From NCBI GenBank assembly GCA_963740085.1, contig CAVUCU010000001.1, positions 1,344,001 to 1,408,000 on the forward strand: a DNA stretch of 64,000 nucleotides. The letters run 5' to 3'. The translations under genes and the position numbers were made by a program. Under the pieces are notes generated by a model that ran no database searches, was not told the DNA's origin, and saw only the letters and a list, made by a program, of their open reading frames with translations. Shown piece after piece: positions 56,573 through 64,000 of the stretch; position 1 is the first letter of the stretch, and each line of letters starts with the position of its first letter. This stretch comes from Nitrospirota bacterium. Its GTDB lineage: Bacteria > Nitrospirota > UBA9217.

Positions 56573-56691
56573 TCGTAAAAAGTCAAGATCTGCCGCATAA
56601 GTCACAGAGAGCACATGGTAAGACCTTTTAAAAACCACAAAGATTCTTTCTGTGCCTTATGCGCTTTTTGTGGCTAAATAACTTTTTTCGA
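56573..56691. repeat. Nested inverted-repeat element (MITE/REP-like)
   Basis: Outer TCGTAAAAAGT pairs with ACTTTTTTCGA (1 mismatch). Inner CGCATAAGTCACAGAGAG (56594-56611) pairs with CTTTCTGTGCCTTATGCG (56646-56663) with 2 mismatches. Confidence 0.6.
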
Positions 56692-56755
56692 ATCTGTGAA
56701 CAATGGCGAGGCTGCCTGTTCACAAAATTCATGTTTGATCCAGTAATGGAGGCAG

Positions 56756-60094
<3,339 letters not shown>

Positions 60095-60246
60095 CAAAAA
60101 TATACCTGTAAATTCTTGACGCAGTTTTACGCTGAAAACAATCTTGATGTACCACGGTTCTTCATCGATTCACCTCGGCCGTTATCCGTGTCAAAGTTTT
60201 TCATATTTTATTCCTGGTTACGGCACCTGCACGAGAGGGAGACACC

Positions 60247-62224
60247 ATGGCTAAAAAGAAAGAGACAAAAAAAGAAACACTGCCGGCGGCAATTCGACCT
60301 GCGGATGTCGTCCCCGGGATAAGCCTCCTGACGGAACACGACATCTACCTGTTCAAGGAAGGGAACCATTTCACCCTCTATGACAAGCTCGGGGCTCATC
60401 CCTTGCTCCGCGAGAACGTGAACGGCACGCTATTCGCGGTCTGGGCGCCCGAGGCCGAGCGGGTATCGGTGATCGGCGAGTTCAACGACTGGAACAAGAA
60501 CTCGCATCCGCTGAGCGTGCGCTGGGACGGGTCCGGCATCTGGGAAGGGTTCATCCCGGGAATTGAAGCAGGGGCATTCTACAAATATCACGTCGTCTCG
60601 CGCTATGCGGGCTACCGCGCTGACAAGGGTGATCCTTTTGCCTTCTGTTGGGAGGCGCCGCCGAGAACAGCTTCCATAGTCTGCGACCTTGCGTATCAGT
60701 GGGAAGACGCGGCATGGATGAAGGACCGGCACCGTGCAAATGCCCTGAACGCGCCCTATTCGGTCTACGAAGTGCACCTGGGCTCGTGGAGACGGTCCGT
60801 GGAGCGGAACAACGGCTTTCTTACCTACCGGGAAATGGCGGAATCCCTCCCCGACTATCTGAAGGAAATGGGCTTTACGCACGTGCAGTTCATGCCGGTG
60901 ATGGAGCACCCGTTCTATGGGTCCTGGGGGTATCAGACCACGGGCTATTTCGCACCATCGAGCCGGTATGGAAAGCCACAGGACTTCATGTATCTCGTGG
61001 ACCGCCTGCATCAGAACGGGATCGGCGTTATCCTCGACTGGGTGCCATCGCACTTTCCGAGCGATGAGCATGGTCTCGCCTATTTTGACGGGACCCATCT
61101 CTATGAGCACGCGGACCCGCAAAAGGGTTTTCATCCGGACTGGAAGAGCTACATTTTTAATTACGGCAGGCACGAGGTCCGCGCCTTTCTGGTAAGCAGC
61201 GCCCTGTTCTGGCTTGAGAAATACCATGTTGACGGCATCAGGATCGACGCGGTCGCGTCCATGCTCTACCTCGACTACTCGCGCAAGGAAGGCGAGTGGA
61301 TCCCCAATCAGTTCGGCGGCAATGAGAACCTCGATGCCATCAACTTCCTCAGGCGGCTGAATGAAGAGGTCTATCGCAGGTATCCTGACGTCCAGACCAT
61401 TGCCGAGGAATCCACCTCGTGGCCCATGGTGTCGCGGCCCGTGTATGTAGGGCGGGCTCGGGTTCGGCATGAAGTGGAACATGGGCTGGATGCACGACAC
61501 CCTCGCGTATTTTTCGGTCGATCCGTTGTATCGGAAATACCATCACAACCAGCTGACCTTCAGCATCTGGTATGCCTTTTTCGAGAATTTCATGCTCTCG
61601 CTGTCCCACGACGAAGTCGTGCACGGCAAGGGCTCCCTGATGAATAAGATGCCCGGTGACGCCTGGCAGAAGTTCGCGAACATGCGGCTTCTCCTCGGAT
61701 ATATGTATACCCACCCGGGCAAAAAGCTCCTGTTCATGGGCGCCGAGTTCGGCCAGTGGAGCGAGTGGGGCCATGATAAGAGCCTCGACTGGCACCTGCT
61801 GCAGTATCCTCCCCATCGGGCGCTTCAGACCTGGATGAAACACCTGAACATCCTGTACCGCCATGAACCCGCGCTCTATGAGCTCGACTTCGTGAATGCA
61901 GGCTTTGCCTGGGACGACATCGGCGACTGGGAGCACAGCATCGTGAGCTATTTTCGAAAAGGCAACGCACCCGAAGACGTACTTCTTGTGGTCTGCAATC
62001 TAACGCCCGTGCCGCGGCATAACTACCGGCTTGGGGTCCCTGCGGGCGGATACTGGCGCGAGCTATTGAACAGCGATTCCCGCGAGTACGGCGGAAGCGG
62101 GCAGGGCAATCTGGGCGGGGTCGAGGCAACGCCGGTGCCCATGCACGGAAGATACCATTCCCTCTCGATCACCGCGCCCCCTCTGGGCATGGTCATTTTC
62201 AAAAAAGAGGGAAAGAAATCATGA
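60247..62224 (+). CDS. glgB: 1,4-alpha-glucan branching enzyme GlgB, frameshifted at about 61450 (assembly error or pseudogene)
   Basis: [34 protein letters not shown] and AEEST in ORF 60247..61647; [19 protein letters not shown] and PGKKLLFMG in ORF 61469..62224. Confidence 0.93.
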
Positions 62225-64000
62225 TGCCCGGTGCGCGATATCTCGGTGATGGTGCGTATGAATTCGCCGTCTGGGCTCCCCTCGTGAAGAGCATGGCCGT
62301 GAAGATCGTATCTGTCCCGGAACGCCTGGTCCCCATGGAACGGACGGGGTCCGGCTATTGGACGGCCGTGGCGAGTGGTCTGCCTGCGGATGTGCGGTAT
62401 CTCTATCGCCTCGACAATGACCGCGACCGACCGGACCCTGCATCGCACTTTCAGCCCGACGGTGTTCACGGTCCGTCACAGGTCGTTGACCATGGTGCCT
62501 TCCCGTGGACGGACAGTGGATGGAAAGGTCTCCCGCTGCCATCGATGGTCATGTACGAGATCCACACGGGAACGTTCACGCCGGAGGGAACTTTCGAGGC
62601 AATCATCCCGCGGTTGGCGGCCCTGAAGGCCCTGGGCATCAATGCGGTAGAGCTCATGCCGGTTGCCCAGTTTCCGGGAACGCGCAACTGGGGATACGAC
62701 GGGGTCTATCCGTACGCTGTCCAGAACTCCTATGGCGGACCCGGGGGATTGAAGCGTCTGGTCGACGCCTGTCATACGATGGAGATGGCTGTGATCCTCG
62801 ATGTCGTGTATAATCATCTCGGGCCGGAAGGCAATTATCTCTGGGATTTCGGCCCTTATTTCACCGACAAGTACCGGACGCCCTGGGGTCGGGCAATAAA
62901 CTTTGACGGCCCCTGCAGCGATGAAGTGAGAACCTATTTCACCGGCAACGCCCTGCACTGGGTGCGGGAGTATCACCTGGATGCCCTGCGGATCGATGCG
63001 ATCCACGGCATCTTCGACTTCAGCGCAAAACATATCTTGCAGGAACTGGGCGAGGCCGTGCATCATGCCGCCGGGGCGCTCGGCAGGAGTGTGCAGGTGA
63101 TCCCTGAGAGCGACCTGAACGATGTCAGGGTCATCGATCCCGCGGAGATCGGTGGCTACGGCCTGGATGCGCAGTGGAATGACGATTTTCATCATGCCGT
63201 TCACACCCTGATCACGGGAGAGTTGAAGGGATACTACGAGGACTTCGGAAGGATCGAACAGATGGAGAAGGCCCTGCGCGAGGGTTTCGTCTACTCCGGC
63301 CAATACTCTTCGTTCAGAAAAAGAAAACACGGCAACGATTCCAGGGACCGGCCTGCGCACCAGTTCGTGGTCTTTTCCCAGAACCACGACCAGGTGGGAA
63401 ACCGGATGCTCGGCGACCGGATGTCAAAGCTCGCCTCCTTCGAGGCGCTGAAGCTTGCGGCGGGCCTGGTCATCCTGTCCCCTTCTCTCCCGCTCCTGTT
63501 CATGGGCGAGGAGTATGGCGAGGACGCGCCGTTCCTCTATTTCGTGAGCCACGGGGACAGGGACCTCATCGATGCCGTGCGAAACGGCCGGCGCGAGGAG
63601 TTCAAGGCATTCTCCTGGGAGGGCGAGCCGCCGGACCCGCAGAGCGAAGGGACCTTCCGCGCATCAAAGCTCGACTGGGGCAAGCGTGAACGCGGTCATC
63701 ATCAACTCCTCCTCGGATTTTATAAGCAGTTGATCCGGCTGCGTAAAGAGATTGCCGCGCTATCAGAACTTGACCGGAGCCGCCTTGAGGTATCCGTCAT
63801 CCCCGAAGCAAACGTCATCACGATGCGACGATGGGACGGATCCAATGCAAGCCACGCCTATTGTCTGTTCAATTTCGAAAAGAACGATGTGAATATAGCC
63901 GTATCGATGCCTGCGGGGCTATGGAACAAGGTTATCGATTCGTCGGACAGCGCCTGGAACGGACCGGGCTCCCTGCTGCCCGAACAGATCCGGAACAACG
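62221..64000 (+). CDS. treZ: Malto-oligosyltrehalose trehalohydrolase TreZ, truncated by the window end and absent from the ORF track
   Basis: MMPGARY...[83 protein letters not shown] and LFMGEEY; ATGA overlap with the glgB stop. Confidence 0.93.
   Translation, partial: MMPGARYLGDGAYEFAVWAPLVKSMAVKIVSVPERLVPMERTGSGYWTAVASGLPADVRYLYRLDNDRDRPDPASHFQPDGVHGPSQVVDHGAFPWTDSGWKGLPLPSMVMYEIHTGTFTPEGTFEAIIPRLAALKALGINAVELMPVAQFPGTRNWGYDGVYPYAVQNSYGGPGGLKRLVDACHTMEMAVILDVVYNHLGPEGNYLWDFGPYFTDKYRTPWGRAINFDGPCSDEVRTYFTGNALHWVREYHLDALRIDAIHGIFDFSAKHILQELGEAVHHAAGALGRSVQVIPESDLNDVRVIDPAEIGGYGLDAQWNDDFHHAVHTLITGELKGYYEDFGRIEQMEKALREGFVYSGQYSSFRKRKHGNDSRDRPAHQFVVFSQNHDQVGNRMLGDRMSKLASFEALKLAAGLVILSPSLPLLFMGEEYGEDAPFLYFVSHGDRDLIDAVRNGRREEFKAFSWEGEPPDPQSEGTFRASKLDWGKRERGHHQLLLGFYKQLIRLRKEIAALSELDRSRLEVSVIPEANVITMRRWDGSNASHAYCLFNFEKNDVNIAVSMPAGLWNKVIDSSDSAWNGPGSLLPEQIRNN

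Overview
Gene-dense, GC-rich bacterial chromosome segment. The gene content suggests an anaerobic or microaerobic diderm such as Nitrospirota or Desulfobacterota; this is an inference. No rRNA, tRNA, CRISPR, transposase or integrase is visible. Almost the whole window reads as a stress-survival region with five parts. (1) Ion and pH homeostasis: Kup, NhaA, NhaP-type antiporter, P3A H+-ATPase, MscS. (2) Envelope and protein quality control: FtsH, MprF-AcvB, CtpA, M16 peptidase, DegQ, Pal. (3) A copper-type cluster: SHOCT, short P-II, HMA protein, a YHS-fused thioredoxin-reductase-like flavoprotein lacking its CxxC, CopA and a Gly/His/Met peptide. It is split by a five-gene Rieske/cytochrome b operon carrying two pentaheme cytochromes. 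(4) A group 3b NiFe hydrogenase. (5) A large trehalose/alpha-glucan block: treT, fused otsAB, sugar ABC importer, glgE, treS-mak, glgB, treZ. The most notable hidden signals are an OsmC-family gene split by an in-frame TGA at the catalytic Cys position and followed by a SECIS-like hairpin (probable selenoprotein, missed by the ORF track), the CxxC-less YHS-TrxR metal module, the Thermus-like bc operon with pentahemes, a catalytically dead class A beta-lactamase homolog, and frameshifts in glgE (compensated) and glgB. All calls come from motif recognition by eye; no database search was run.
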